The notes under the pieces were generated by a model. It worked only from the letters and a program-made list of their open reading frames with translations, had not been told where the DNA came from and searched no databases. Of a stretch of DNA of 64,000 nucleotides, positions 1 through 13,445 are shown piece after piece. The stretch is from Catajapyx aquilonaris. Its lineage: Eukaryota. The translations under genes and the position numbers were made by a program. Each line of letters begins with the position of its first letter. The first letter of the stretch is position 1. The stretch is taken from the NCBI GenBank assembly GCA_000934665.2, contig KZ538814.1:62001-126000 (forward strand), given 5' to 3'.

Positions 1-3000
1 GTTGTTCAAACTCGTCCGTGCTGGCCAACGCCTTCAATTTGTACTTGGCGATATAATTGCCGTCCAAAAGCAAACTGTAGGCATAGCACGCAGTTTGCAT
101 TAATGTTGGACGTTGCTCGACTCAATTGTGTTGGTCAATACAGGATTGCAGGGGGCGTCGATTCTCCCACCTTGTGCGACATTAGGTAATTCCGTGCCAC
201 ATACTCCGACACGGAAGCCGTTAAGAGTCAGCCACCTCGTCACCTCAGACAGAAAAGCACGTGCACTCTTCATCTGAACCTTGATTAAGGTCGCAAAGTT
301 TTACGCATGCATATTAGACACTGAACTTATCAGCAGACTTTTGGCAGACATGCTGCTTGATATCATATAGGTACAACAAGGTGGGTCCAAACAATCGAAA
401 CGCATGGCATTTTTTTAAGGGGGAGGTGGGGGTGAAAGAAGAAGCGTCTTGTGGCTGTTGCCAACTTGGCAACAGCAGGCTGCTTATGTAAGTTCTGGTA
501 CTGAATCGATAGTCCAGAGCCCCCTACCCTATAACGGAAGTTCTCAGAGTCCCTCTCTCCCTCTCTCTGGAAACAATTCAGATACCGGTACTTTTTATGA
601 AATCATGGAATAATTTGGATCTATTCTCACATTATATTCACATATGGATGGATAAGCTGCGAATTCACATTATGTGTGAACCGGGGAATGTGGCTCCAGA
701 TCCAGTATGGGCAGTGATCATTCACTTGGAGCCTGAAACCAATTAGATGGCTGACGTGCTGATTTTGCTATGCCCAAGGGCTTCTGTGTTCCTGACATAT
801 TGTCAATTGCGGGGAAGGAAAAAATGGAAGTCATACTATATAGCGGGCGTCCGTTTGATGGGAACCGGTCAATAGAGCCCCCCCCCCCCTGCGTTCCACT
901 CTTTGCTTTGCAAAATGTGATTAAACAAAGGTGTCATTACTAATTAATTTTAATACAATATTTAATTGGTTTGCATATTGGTTATAAGGGGTGCACAAAC
1001 ATGTGCACACCTTATGCACAGGTTTATATGTTTATGAAGGACCGGTGCAGTGGGGTAAAGCGACTCGAATACCAGGAGCAGGGAGGATTAAAATTTCATG
1101 CAAAAATGATTTATGCTTTGAGGAAAGATCATTAATGTGCATTGGTGATTATGGGAATACAAATTGGGATTGTATAATATGAATTACAGATATATATTTT
1201 TCAAATTTTTGCATAGGATTTGAGGGCAACGCATATTTATGCAATTTGTCTACTTATGCTAATTATGAGAAACCCATGACAATAGAAGGCCTAATATACA
1301 ATAAATACGAGTCATCAGGGACAATTTCTACCTACAACAATCGCTCAGTGTATACCTTTCTGAGCCATATAATTTAGGCCATAGTTTGGTGCGCGAGCTT
1401 TCTCATTGAAAATTGTAGGCCTCTATTAATTTCTGCATCGCATTAAAAATGTAGGCCAATACCTTGGCTACAATCATGTCGAGTGCCGTAAATATTGCAT
1501 TTCATTACCTAGCCAATGCAAAAGCAGCCAACCTACACTATGTACAATTATTACGCAACTTTTTCATTGTCGTGCCTGAACGACTTTTCCAGCACACAAA
1601 GTGGTAGGATATTTCCAATTACCAAGCACAGCACAAAATATTCTAGGCAAGATTGTTAGCAATGCGTTTCCATCAGAGGTAGAACATTGTGCTAAGTATG
1701 CTTCCCTGTAATAAGTAAAAAGTTGTTCTCATCAGTGTTGAGTTCCTAGTCCGTTGCCCGTGAGAGAGAAGGGATGCTGCTGAGGAAATAATCACTCGGT
1801 ATTTACCAGCAGGAGAGTCGAGGTTGTCTAGGCAACTCCTCCTCAAACATCTCCAACTACCCACGCTCCCTTATTGTGACTGAGCCCCCATATCTGCCAG
1901 GGCTCGACCATGTTCAGACAAGGAAACCGGAAGCAATAGCTCTTTCCACTTATCTTGGCCAAAAATCAGTGTTTTTCCCGCCAGACTGCTGAGACCAAGT
2001 TTACGTAAGATATGTACACAATATATTTTTTTACACCCCTATGATTTTCCGTTCGACTAACAGAGTCAGGACGCCACCTATGCAATTACACGCTTGGTTG
2101 AATTCTGGTTGTAAGAAAGGCAGCGCACCGGATAATTCAAGGATGTGGCCTGCCAGGTAACGAATCATGATTCTCGTGTATGAAGGCTATATACGCGTTT
2201 TATCGCCTTGCGTTCCGCAGGAATATAAAACATTGTCTGGTGGAGGCCTTGCCCATAGAAAATGCAAGAGTGAGGAATTACAGGGCCCAATTTATTAACC
2301 GGACCATTAATACAGGTGTTGGACAATTATTGCAGGATTTACAGCTCGGATGAGACATGTTTCAAAGAGCGCGCGATTCCACAGTTAGTGTCGACGTGTG
2401 GGTGAGTTACAGTAGCCACATGTGGAACTCGGTATTTTATTGACTTAAGTGTTTTCCATAAAAACATTCTTAACCTGAGTATACGATTTCCAATTACCAG
2501 ATATAGCCCCTTTTCTCTATTATGAGGGTCAAGATGAGACCAAAATGAGACCAAAATTTAATTAGGCATTGTGCAATATATTTTTCGTGCATAATTATTG
2601 TGTGTGTACTTTCTAATGGTGATGTCAGTTTTCTGGAGAAATGCTTGAAAGAAGGTATTACCTAATAATAAAATCTCTATAATATAAGGGAATAATTATT
2701 TTCAAACTTAAAAATCCTCGCTCGCTTGTGACTCCGATCATACTGCATTTCAGCTCTTCATTTTAAGGCTAGTAATATTTACAGTAATAACAATGCATAA
2801 ATTCTGGAAGTCTGTAATGCAAGTAGGCCTACATCTAATTTTAAAGAAGTATAGGTACGGTAGAAAATTTATGATGCAATACCAAATATGCTGAGTGTTA
2901 GTGAGGAAAATTTTGCTGGAAGGAAATTCCCCTTCGCGGAATGAACAACATCTAACCCAGAACATCACCATTCTAGATTCTAACTAACTTTCCATGTTAA

Positions 3001-3439
3001 TATTCAGTAGAGGAATCGCCCTGGGAATTTCCGATCCATTACACTAGCAGTATGGTTGGAAGTGAGGACGAGTCGGAGTCCTCTCAGGCTCAAGGAGAGA
3101 GAACCCTCCCGAATAAGTAGGAGAAGAATAAGAAGAAAAAGGAAAAGGAGAAAAAGGGACGAAGAGCAGGGAAGACGTAGTAGGGTGGAGATTGGGGTGG
3201 CATTTTGCGTCCCCGTATTACATCGCAAGATTTCATTTGCATTCAGACTGGTTCCACTGATTGGAAAGGCCAAACGCTACCCTATCAGTCTCGTTTTTTC
3301 GACCTAATAGTAAAGTCACGCACCAAAATGCCACAACAAAGTTGCAACGCTGCGACTGATCTAGCTCAATTACACCACATTCTGCATATTATGTGCTGGT
3401 TAAGAAACTTGCACATTGTTGTAATTTACAACTGATTTC

Positions 3440-3620
3440 ACCTGGGTGGCAACACCGCACTGCATTAGCTCTGCCCAATCACGCATTCTCCCGCCAAATC
3501 AATACTCCGCTGATTGGCTGAGAGACTCCCGTCGCACCATTGCCAAATGAGCACTGCAGGTGGTTTTTCAGAAAGACCTCCCCCCCCCTCCCCCTAACCT
3601 GCCGAAAACACTCCACATGA
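3440..3620. promoter_or_regulatory. Putative Pol II promoter (two CCAAT boxes plus an E2F-like site)
   Basis: CCAATCA at 3475, TCTCCCGCCA at 3487 and TGATTGG at 3511-3517, within a GC-rich island. Confidence 0.4.
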
Positions 3621-3771
3621 TGGCCAGCCGGCCGCGTTAGGTAACATGGCGTAACTAATACTTCTTCCCCCATTTCTCCACTGCACCACAACTGGTGGAT
3701 TCCTCCTCTCTCCCTAAATAGCTGACGGAGAACCCCTCCCGAAACCCACCATTTTTTTTCTTCTTCTCCTC

Positions 3772-3795
3772 CTCTCTCTCTCTCTCTCTCTCTCT
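3772..3795 (+). repeat. (CT)n microsatellite
   Basis: Dinucleotide run inside a polypyrimidine tract. Confidence 0.9.
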
Positions 3796-3953
3796 TCCCC
3801 CAACTTCTCCTCCCCCGAAGGGATTCCAGAGGAGGAGGGGGTCCATCGGCAGGTAGTTCTCGTTCCGGCCCCACAGTTTCCGACAGTGCGTGAGTGTGCG
3901 TGTGCGGGTGGTGCATTGGGGGTGTAAGTGTAACCTGCTGCCTCTTTTTTTAG

Positions 3954-4017
3954 GGATATACCGGAACAAGTGCAGGAGAAGCGGGGGTATAGGGTAGAGG
4001 GGTGTTCCAACAAGTGG
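3954..4017 (+). other. Candidate 64-nt exon, probably untranslated
   Basis: taacctgctgcctctttttttag|GGATATACC...AAGTGG|gtgagt. Confidence 0.35.
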
Positions 4018-6656
4018 GTGAGTGAATTACCAGCCTCCCTCTGACCACCTGCATTACGTGACCTGAATTTTTGGTGTGCGAGGTCCCCCCCATGGTCCTC
4101 CCCTTAGGTTCTCTTTTGTTCCTTGGTCGAGCCTGCACTTGTGGCGTTTTTGGTTCCGGGGAGGGGTAGATTTTCAAGTGGGAGACTTATCCGGGTCGTA
4201 AAAATTGTTGCGGGTTACACGCTCATGCTGTGGGCCTATGGTGGTATTTCATGCCGGCATAAAGCAATTCCGGTAGTAATATACATGAGGTATTATCCGC
4301 CTCCTAGGATGACCATGATTCCTAATTAACTGTGACGGTAGGATAATCCCTGGTTCGACTGTAACAAAATTTTGCAAGCTACTTAGCTCAATTTACGTGG
4401 GCGTAGCCAGAGGTACACCTGGCGCACCTGGAGTGACTGCACTTCCTTAACGTGCGTACTTGCAAACTTGCCAAAAAAGAAAGCACCGACACTGAATAAT
4501 GAATAAAAAATAGTTAATTTTTTTAAAACTAATTTTGAACAATTTTATGAAAATATTTTACGACCGAGCACTATCCATGCCTAATTTCAGTAAATTGTAC
4601 TCAAATATCAGTGAAAATGAATTTAAAAGGAAATCCAATCCCAATGTACGGTCGTATATGCTGAGCTGTGAGTTAAAAATTGATCCCAGAACCACTCAAA
4701 ATAAAGTAACTATTTGAAAATTTTCCGCCGAATATGACCTATAGGCTGTCACTTTCTGATTTAGCTATAAACTTACACCAGTCGTGTAGTATACTATGTT
4801 GGTTAACTACTTGAATAAGAACGCCAGGTGTGGCTTACAATACACCTCACTGTTGTTCAACGTAAGCTAATATGCACTACATAATGCTGCTTCTGCGGTC
4901 TTTTTTTCTTGAAAATATTTCTTGAGGGGAAAGGACTTCTTTCAGGGGGGAAGACCTTCTTGGGGACTTTTTTGTGATCCGATAAAGCAGGAGTGAGGGG
5001 AGTGAGGCTAGAAGGAGGGGTGGTGGAACAGGGGTAGACAGGGGTTTGAGCCCCGGGCGGGGTCTGGGATCGAGTCTCAGCCCCAGCAGCAGGCCAAGGC
5101 TGTTGCACTGTATGTGGCCGTCTGTTGTTGTCTGATCTCACGCTTACCTCACTGTCTGCCTCGTTACATTATTTTTCTTCCGTTACTAGTTGGCCCTTAA
5201 TCCGTACAGTATGTCACAGATTCTGCTCTGAGCCGTGAACCTATTAAATGCCACCAAATTGGCCAATTATTGGTTACCTGAAGAGGTGAGACTATTTTAC
5301 GGACTATTTCAACTGTGCTGTACGTAATTTTTGTCTTATTAAATCTGCCTGGTTGCTTTCCTCGTGTTTTTTTGCTCGTTTCCTTCAGTGTTATTCTGCT
5401 CCAATACCATCTCTTTTATGGTCCACGTAGCAGAAGAATTACCAATTATGAAGCATCAGTCTGAAAGAATAGCTCTACTTGCAGTACCGACTGATGATCT
5501 GTAAAATTGATTTACAGTACGTTGCCAGTTATTTTTGTTGATTGACGAAAGGTACAGACCATATTTTTAACGCTTCATTACAAACTGTAAGCAGTAATGA
5601 CGCGAATCAACTTTGTCATTTTGTCCCATTAAAAATGAGAGAGACTGACGCGTACTGGTATAGCACTTACTGTAGTATGTGTATAACGCCGCGTTTAATG
5701 CAAAAAAATATGCTAACTATTGAGACTTTCATTGGAACACACTTGATAAAACATAAAACCGAAGCTGTATATCAAAATTACATCATGCCTGATATTTCAG
5801 AGATTGACAAGCAATAATGTGAAGTAAAATATGATGTTTTAATGGAGATCCTGAATCCATAAAATCCTTGCGGTATTCAACAGACTAAGTAAATGACACG
5901 TTGAACGTGCAGAGATTCACCACGCCACTTGACGGCGACGCAGAAAAATGAATATTAACGACATTTTAAAGTTTTGCTCCAGCATCTGCGGTGTTTCCTA
6001 ATCTCGTTGAACTGTCAGTTGTGTAATTTTTTACCCCGCCCCCACCGCCCTGCCTCCCCCCGGGCCTATCTCGTGGCAATTTGCGACCGCTGGGAAGGAA
6101 ATACAATGCAAATGAGGCGTAATCTTAGGAGATGAAGGGAGCCAAAAGCAAGGGGATGGAAACAGCTGGGAGAGAATGTAACCCTTTCGTTCGTTATAGC
6201 TTACCTGTAAAAGCACCTGCACACGAGTTTTTCCCCCTATCCCGTCTCTCCCCTTATATGACTGGAATTAGGCCGAAGCAGACATGCAATGGGAACAAAT
6301 ATCGGAATGACAATTGTTAGGTTGAACAATAGAAAAATCGTGGGAGGTCGGTGACCAGTCTGGGGAGAGGGGGTGGGGGCACAGAAAATATCCCAGTGAC
6401 ACGTACAGAGAATATTTTATTGCCTCGGGGAATTCAAACCGTCGCATGTGAAGCAACTTACCTTGCTTATACGCTACGAAGGGTGAAGCAAGATTGCTAT
6501 TGCTAACTATATTTTTATAAACGACCTACGCCCGTTCACTAAGCACGTTGACTTTACTGTACAGTATAGGCCTACCTGAGAAAAATGACACAAATGTGAA
6601 TATATCAAATTGAGATGATATCACATTATTATCAATATCTCAATTTCATGTCTATA

Positions 6657-6834
6657 CACTGTAAAAATATCCGTAAAACACGTAATATTATTTTACGTGT
6701 ATAATAGTAGACTATAATTATCTGCAGTACCGTATCATAATATTCACTTATGCGTCACATACCGGTATATGATTACAACAGGTCCTCTTTCTGTCGGTAC
6801 ATAACCGTAATTTAAGGGACAGTTTTTAACAGTG
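6657..6834. mobile_element. Short MITE with CACTG...CAGTG termini (EnSpm/CMC-like ends)
   Basis: TA|CACTGTAAAAATATCCGTAAAA ... CCGTAATTTAAGGGACAGTTTTTAACAGTG|CA. Confidence 0.55.
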
Positions 6835-9800
6835 CAGTACACTTCTCCATATTTTCTCAGACGATTCACATAATTATTGCCCCCGCCGGCCTTGTCCGCT
6901 TGAATAGCTGGCTCTGCATGCGTGGACATATTTTGCGAACCGTTAACAGTTACACCACTCTATATTCAGTATCACAGCCAAATTGGCGAGTAAATATGTG
7001 CATATCAGTTACAATAATAGTTAGCAAAGAGTCCAATCATGCCTCACCCAGTACACTGCGAGTCCTTTTATAGACGGTTATCTATTAGCCTGGGGTGTCC
7101 AGGAGGCCATTGCTCTGAGGATGAGTTATATCAATTTAATGCCCGGCTCCATTAGTAAGGGAGGGAGGGGGGGTGGCAGACAGACGAATAGATGATGGAT
7201 GGGCGTCGGGGATAGAAGAAGGATGTCAAGGGCGTTTGGGTTGGGTTGTGTCCAGACCGAGTCTAGCCACAAGAAAACCAGATGAGGCTGGCAAAGCTCG
7301 TTTTGGACTGGCTTTTATAATAAACCCCCGCCGATCGGCGCAAAATTTATTTCCTTGTTTCTCCCCTGCCAGGTGACTGCTTATGAAAGGTTAGGGATAG
7401 CCAGTTTGGAAAGGGCCAGCAGCAAGGGGAGTTTAGAACCGATTCTTGTGTCAGTGACCTGGTGATGAAGCCAAACGGCCTCCATAATGAAGCGTCTGTG
7501 AGACAATGGAGCGATGGGAGTTAAGACTATTGCAAACAATGCGAGAATAAATATTTATCTTCCGCCAAGTGTGGAAGGTAATGATGGTGTACCGCCATTT
7601 GTCCTTGTAGACGAAGGCTGCGAATCGACTTATACAATTCGTAGAAAGGAGATGGACAAAACGTGTGTCTATTGTTTGGCCAGAATAGTCTGAATCATGG
7701 AAGTGGTATGCAGGCTTGGGTTATGGAATATTTTGTGAAAATTCATGACCAGGTCAGTGTCATAAGCCAGCCTTTTTCGGAGCCATTCGCATGCGGCGTC
7801 CAATTTCACAGAAAAAGACAGCTATTTGTCATGCAGGCTAAGTGCCGGTAAATTAGTTTTTTTTCACCCTCGTTTTTTTTCCATCCTTTTCTTTTCTTCT
7901 GGAACGACGAGGCCACAATGCGAATCATGGGGTGCAAGAACTTGTTGTGGACCGAGAGGGATTGGTTCGAGTCTTGGAAATAGCACCGGTAGAATAGTCA
8001 GGACATGAAGGGTCATTGCCTCGGAAATTGAAAAAAACAACAACAACAACAAAAACAAAAACCTGTCCACCAACCTGGACTTATTGCTCTGGTGAGTAAT
8101 ATCGCGAATAGTCCTACCACAACTATAGAATAATAATTATTTGCTATGCGCCGACATGAGGCTGAATCATTGATCAGGTGGTGAAGTGACTCTCTGGGAC
8201 TCGAGAGGACATGACGAGATACTCCCCCATCATCCTTCCAGTTGAACGGGTACTTCCAGGCATCGGTGTGCCCGAGCTGTATACAGACAGGGTGATGTTG
8301 GGGAGGGCTTCATGGATGGGGAAAAGGGTGGAGGGGTGTTAGTGGAAAACCAGTCATGCAGGGGATGGGACGTACACACACCCGGGGCTTGATCATAACA
8401 AAAGAGGAATCACTTTTTAAAAAATTCAGAAGGGTCTGAGTCGGTTGGATCCCGTGATTGGTCCGCCAACTCGAATGGGGTGATATGAGGCGATCTTTGC
8501 AACATATTGGCACAACTTTGGGGAGTCCCTTAACGACCTAGAGTGCTGACTGGGCTTTCAAACCAGAGGGGGACACTTGGACCTGTCTGTGACGTTTCAG
8601 ATTTTAATTGAGGGGTTAATTGCGATTGATTTTTTATTAAAATTTCTGAATTTAGGGTATTTAGGGCAAACTTGATGAACATGTTTCCTTGGGTGACTAA
8701 GAGTTGGTTCGCAATTGCCTAATGAAGCAGCAGAACGGGCTAAGTAGTGTTCATACACTATTAAATTTTGTGCAACTATGCGTCCATTACACCTGATGAG
8801 TCTTCATTTGAGGATCATAAGTGGATAAAAGGTTCATCGCTTTGTTCTAAATATGAACAAGTTATTAGTACACCCTCAATCTCTAATGAACATACTCTCC
8901 AGCATCATTTACTACGAGTGCAACTTCATCCATGGCATACGATTGATCAAAAAAATGGCCCTCAATTTGACCAGCAATAAAAGGACGAAAAGTTTTCTCT
9001 TGGATCCATCATTCCACATCCACTCCACGACCGCTTCAACCACCCCATCCATTTATCAGTTCTGAACACCTTTTATCCTGGCTCCAACCGTCACCAAAAA
9101 GACGGCCATGAACCACCGCGTCCATGGCCGTGAAGTAACCTCGACATTGGTCTCCCAGCAACATCGGAGCCAAATATCTGTCATGGTATCTCCAGGCAGG
9201 ATACAAAGGTGGTCACTATTCCCGAAGTGCCCTTGACAAGGGTAACACTAGTGTCTCACTCAACACCCATCCGCGTCTGGTATATGTATACAGCCTGCAG
9301 AAGGTGCGCATTACGTAAGCCAGACGTGTGTGTGTGTGTGATGCATACCACGGTAGGCAACAGGCAGGGTCACCGGCGTACCTATTCCGAAGGTCTGGGC
9401 TGCCTGCCCCACTTAGGGGCCGTTGCCATCTCAGCTGTCTCGGCTAACCATCGAGCTTTGCAACCCACCGCTATCTTCAATCTTGACTCTTATCCAGCTG
9501 GCCGCCCGTACTAGTCACCTTTTTTTATAAGGAAAAAATTGCTGGCATGTGTGTAATTTTATTTGAACGTGGGGCACTTTTGCAGGTGGATTGTTTGGGT
9601 TATCGAATGACCGCTAGATCTGGTTGAATAGGAGGGTTTGGGTCAGAACTGGGGGTTGTCATGGTCAGTGGTGGGTATAGAAATATTTTTTGAGGACTCT
9701 TGACATGGGGTTGAAGCTTTGCCAGAAGTGGGTGTTGCTTTACGAACCCGAGATACATTCAATGACCTGGAAGAGAATTTGGGGGAATGGTTGGGAATTT

Positions 9801-12800
9801 TGAATGGATATATGCTAGATTAACTTGTGAGGCTTGCGAATTTGATGTGCTATTAGTGCTAATGTAATATTAGCTAGTGTAATAATGTGAAGACCTGGCC
9901 TAATATTCAGATCCGACACATTATGAGCATTATTCCTTATGGCATCATTTTTGTTTAAATATATAGGGGGCTGTAATTTTACTGTTTCAAAATCCTGATG
10001 TCGCCATAAGTAAATAGAAGGCAATGGCTTTGTTTTGAAAAGCAAGGCTTTACACTGTATGTACGTACAAGTATAATGACACAACTAATGGCTATAGTGA
10101 AATTTTATACTGTTCTGTAGGGCTAGGTTGTTTGGTTTACTGTTGTGCAGTTTTGCTTACTTGCATTACAAGCGCCTCTGCGTGTTTTCAAAAGTACAGT
10201 TTGCATAATATGTGGCCAGAGGAAAACAAAGCAAGCAACGTGTAATTGTGACCTTTCCTGTTCATATAATAAATTGAGTGCAAAAAAATGTTAATTATCT
10301 CTGAGCATATAGAATCAGTGCCTACTCACTGGGTAATAATTAGGACCCGGCCCATTTATTGATAGCGCGACCTAGATTTTTAACCCGGCGCTGACCTTGT
10401 GCATTTTGGAACTGGTAGTAGTGCTTGCAGGATAATAATTTTCAAACTAAACAGTGCTACCAAATACTTTATATTGATTGATTGATTTATTTATTGATTT
10501 ATTGATTTATTACCTCTTACTAAAATACGAAATGCAATTCTTTGTTCCTATCTGCAAATCCTGAGCTAAAGCGACGTGAATTTTTCGGACACCCTGTAAA
10601 ACCTAACCTAAACATTCCTATTTCCTCCAGCTGTCCCCACCAGGGCTCCAAACACAGCTGTCCTTAGACAACTAAAATATCTATATATGCAAACACGTTC
10701 AAAAAATTTGGCCACGAACTCCCATTGTCGGCCTGATTGTCAAATTACAACCCCAGCAAGCATGTCTGGACACAACAATAAAGTCTGTCCCATTAAAAGT
10801 GACACCAGAGGGGGAGAAAAATATATCGGCGGTGAGGCCCAATTAAAGGCGAGAGTGAGCCAGTGACCTTTCTTACGTTTCCTTGGCGTGATGTAATAGA
10901 TTGCATTAACCTCGAGAAAGGAGTCCGTCCCCCCCCCTTTTTTTTTGTTTATTGTAGGCCCATGTGGGCTTAACTCCAGTAGTCACGCAGACTACCTCTA
11001 GCATTCCAGAATATTTTTTTTGTGTCTCTCTATAGGGACATACTAAGCGACAGTAGGGACGGGTTACAAAAAGAATGGCTAGGAAGGTTTAGAAAGTGAA
11101 AGTGGGTTACCATGGCTGTAACTGTCGCGGGAGAGGTGAACGGCCTAAACGGGGAAAAGTAGGTCTTGCCTTCTAATTGAGACTGGCAGTGACGTCAGCC
11201 AAGACTGGAATCTTGGTTGTGACGAGGTCTAAAAATAGGTCACAGAATACCCCTAGTAAAGGACCCGGGGTATAGTTTTTTTTAAAGGGGAGGGGGGGGG
11301 GGGCAGACCCCTTGGAATGGTACAAGGTGGTGTGTATTGTGATGGGTCAGAAGAAGAGGCACTGTTGCTAGGAGATTCCATTCACCCGGAAGATAACATA
11401 GAATGAGGAGATATGTGCTGGTTTATTTTGAGGTGTGCCAAATTTAACCGCGATATCAGAATGGCTGATTTCGAGTGGGGTCGGAGTACGGTGAAAGAGT
11501 GAAGATTTGCGGTACAGTACAACTGACGTGTATTTTGTAATACAGTTCTGGAGTATCGGTCGATATACCTGGAACTCGAGTCAAAATATGTACAATAGAA
11601 ACGGCAATCAAATCGTCAACAGTTGAATAAATTGCATATGCACAGACAGTTATAATGGTTTCATTGTGAACAAGATTCACGACGTTCGATATTCTTACAA
11701 TACCCACTACAGTTGCTATAAAAAAAACTCAATGAGAATTAAATCTTGTGTCCATCAAAATCTTGATTGCAACTGGTAAATATTTACATGTTGATATGCC
11801 CACCCGATTTTTTTTTGCAATGTTGTGAATAGCATTTGACAGTTGTTTTGTTGAACTGAGGAGGGATATGCGAATTTGGTGACGGGTTGGCACATGTGAG
11901 GATGGGTGGGCAGGTTCTCCCCTCTACCTCCCCTACCATCCTTTTCCTTGTGGTACAGGTCCCTTTTAGTGGTGGTATCCAAGGGATGGGGGCAAAGAGG
12001 GTCGCTAACCTGGGGCCTGAGTGCCTTTCAGGCCGCCTGCCTCTCATTTTCAAACCTGGTCATGTCGAACAATGCAGAAATTTTGCAGATTTTTTTTTTG
12101 CGGAGCTTATCCGATTTGTGGTTTGGAGTTTTGTAAAATTAGGGTACCAGCTAAATGGGTTAACATGAGTTGTACGGGTGACAAAACAGTGTGTTTGACG
12201 TACGTTGCCCTGCAATTGTTGCGTTTCATTTTCGGTAATTTCTGGGACCAGTTTTCGATTATTAAATTCCCCATTTTCGTAGTGCTGGGGAATTAATAAT
12301 TAAGTCGGGCCGAGTTTGGGTCCCACGGACAATCGAAAAACCACCCCCTACCAAATTTTCCCGGACTCATTTTCGTGATGCCCACTTTGTCGTGCATATC
12401 TGTCATCGCTGAATATGGCCATTCTGACGCTTCCTTGACTATAGTTGACAGCTGTGTAGTTGATTTTCTAGCGGGCCACCGAAATTGACTCATGTCATGA
12501 TGAGGGGGGAGGCTTAATTCCGTAAAAGGTAATCAGATTTTCGGGAGAACCTCCGTCACGCATAGCCTAATGACCCAGTTTTCATATGGTGTTTGTGTGT
12601 GACCGTGGTGTTTCTGGTCTTAAACACTGGGCGTCACAACATGAACCGATGAGTCAGTCTAATAAACCACAAATATGTCTGGAGGGCAAAGTGTAGGTTC
12701 GAGATTGAGTCCCATAATCCTAGTTTTTTTATGGGGTGAGGTGGGGCTGGGGGTTGGGGCTGGAGTTTTTTTTTTGGGGGGGAGGGGGGAGAACATGGGC

Positions 12801-12908
12801 TCTTATTATTTCCGCAGCGGGTGCTTATGCATGTCGGAGGAGACCCATAAAGAAGGGGCAAAAAGATAAACGCGTATTGATTGTGGGTGGGGACGTGGCG
12901 AGAAAGCC

Positions 12909-13445
12909 TGGGTCATAAACCCCAAACCTCCCCCTTCTGACCTAATCTGCTAGAGGAAAAGGAAGCTGCTTCGTGGCGGCCATCTTGGGGGTAATCATAC
13001 ATAGGGGATCAATTGCAAATAAATGGCAATTCACGGACATAAACTTTGAATGTGCATACAGTATGTCTCATGAAAAAACAAGAAAATTGTTTGGATTTTT
13101 AAATATAGGCTGTAGTTCAGCTGTACGACACCAGGGGAAGTGAAGTTTTTTTTGATATGAAAATGGAAGAACCCCAAAAATCCACGCGAATGCCATTGGC
13201 CTCTGATGTCAATGGTTGGACCTAATTTTCGTAGCGTAAAACCCTTCAGCATAAGTTTAAAAGCATGGACTAATCTACCTAATAGTCGCAGATAATATTT
13301 TAATAATCTCCTAAAGTAGCGTGGGTCGTAAATCCTCCCCTCCCAAGGTTTTCATATAAGAAAAGAAAGGTGCTCCTTGGCGGCAATCTTGGGGGTAATC
13401 ATGCATAGGGGATTTAATTTCAAATAAGCAGCTATTCGCCAACAC
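12909..13445. repeat. Local direct duplication of a ~130 bp module, offset ~404 bp
   Basis: Cores at 12974-13009 and 13378-13413 match at 34/36 nt (TGGCGGCMATCTTGGGGGTAATCATRCATAGGGGAT). Confidence 0.85.

Noticed and set aside
3056..3307. Arg/Lys-rich ORF resembling a protamine or NLS
   Set aside because: The composition is explained by a polypurine tract; nothing else supports coding.
6200..6213. Minus-strand TTTTACAG|GTAAG, resembling a recursive splice site
   Set aside because: The pyrimidine tract is very short and the upstream minus-strand sequence is purine-rich; it is a single chance-level match.
10801..10818. CTCF-like motifs (also near 147, 24057 and 59208)
   Set aside because: Only partial matches to the consensus; they cannot be supported without scoring or ChIP data.
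12733..12759. Canonical G-quadruplex pattern
   Set aside because: G-runs are ubiquitous in this window, so a single pattern is uninformative.
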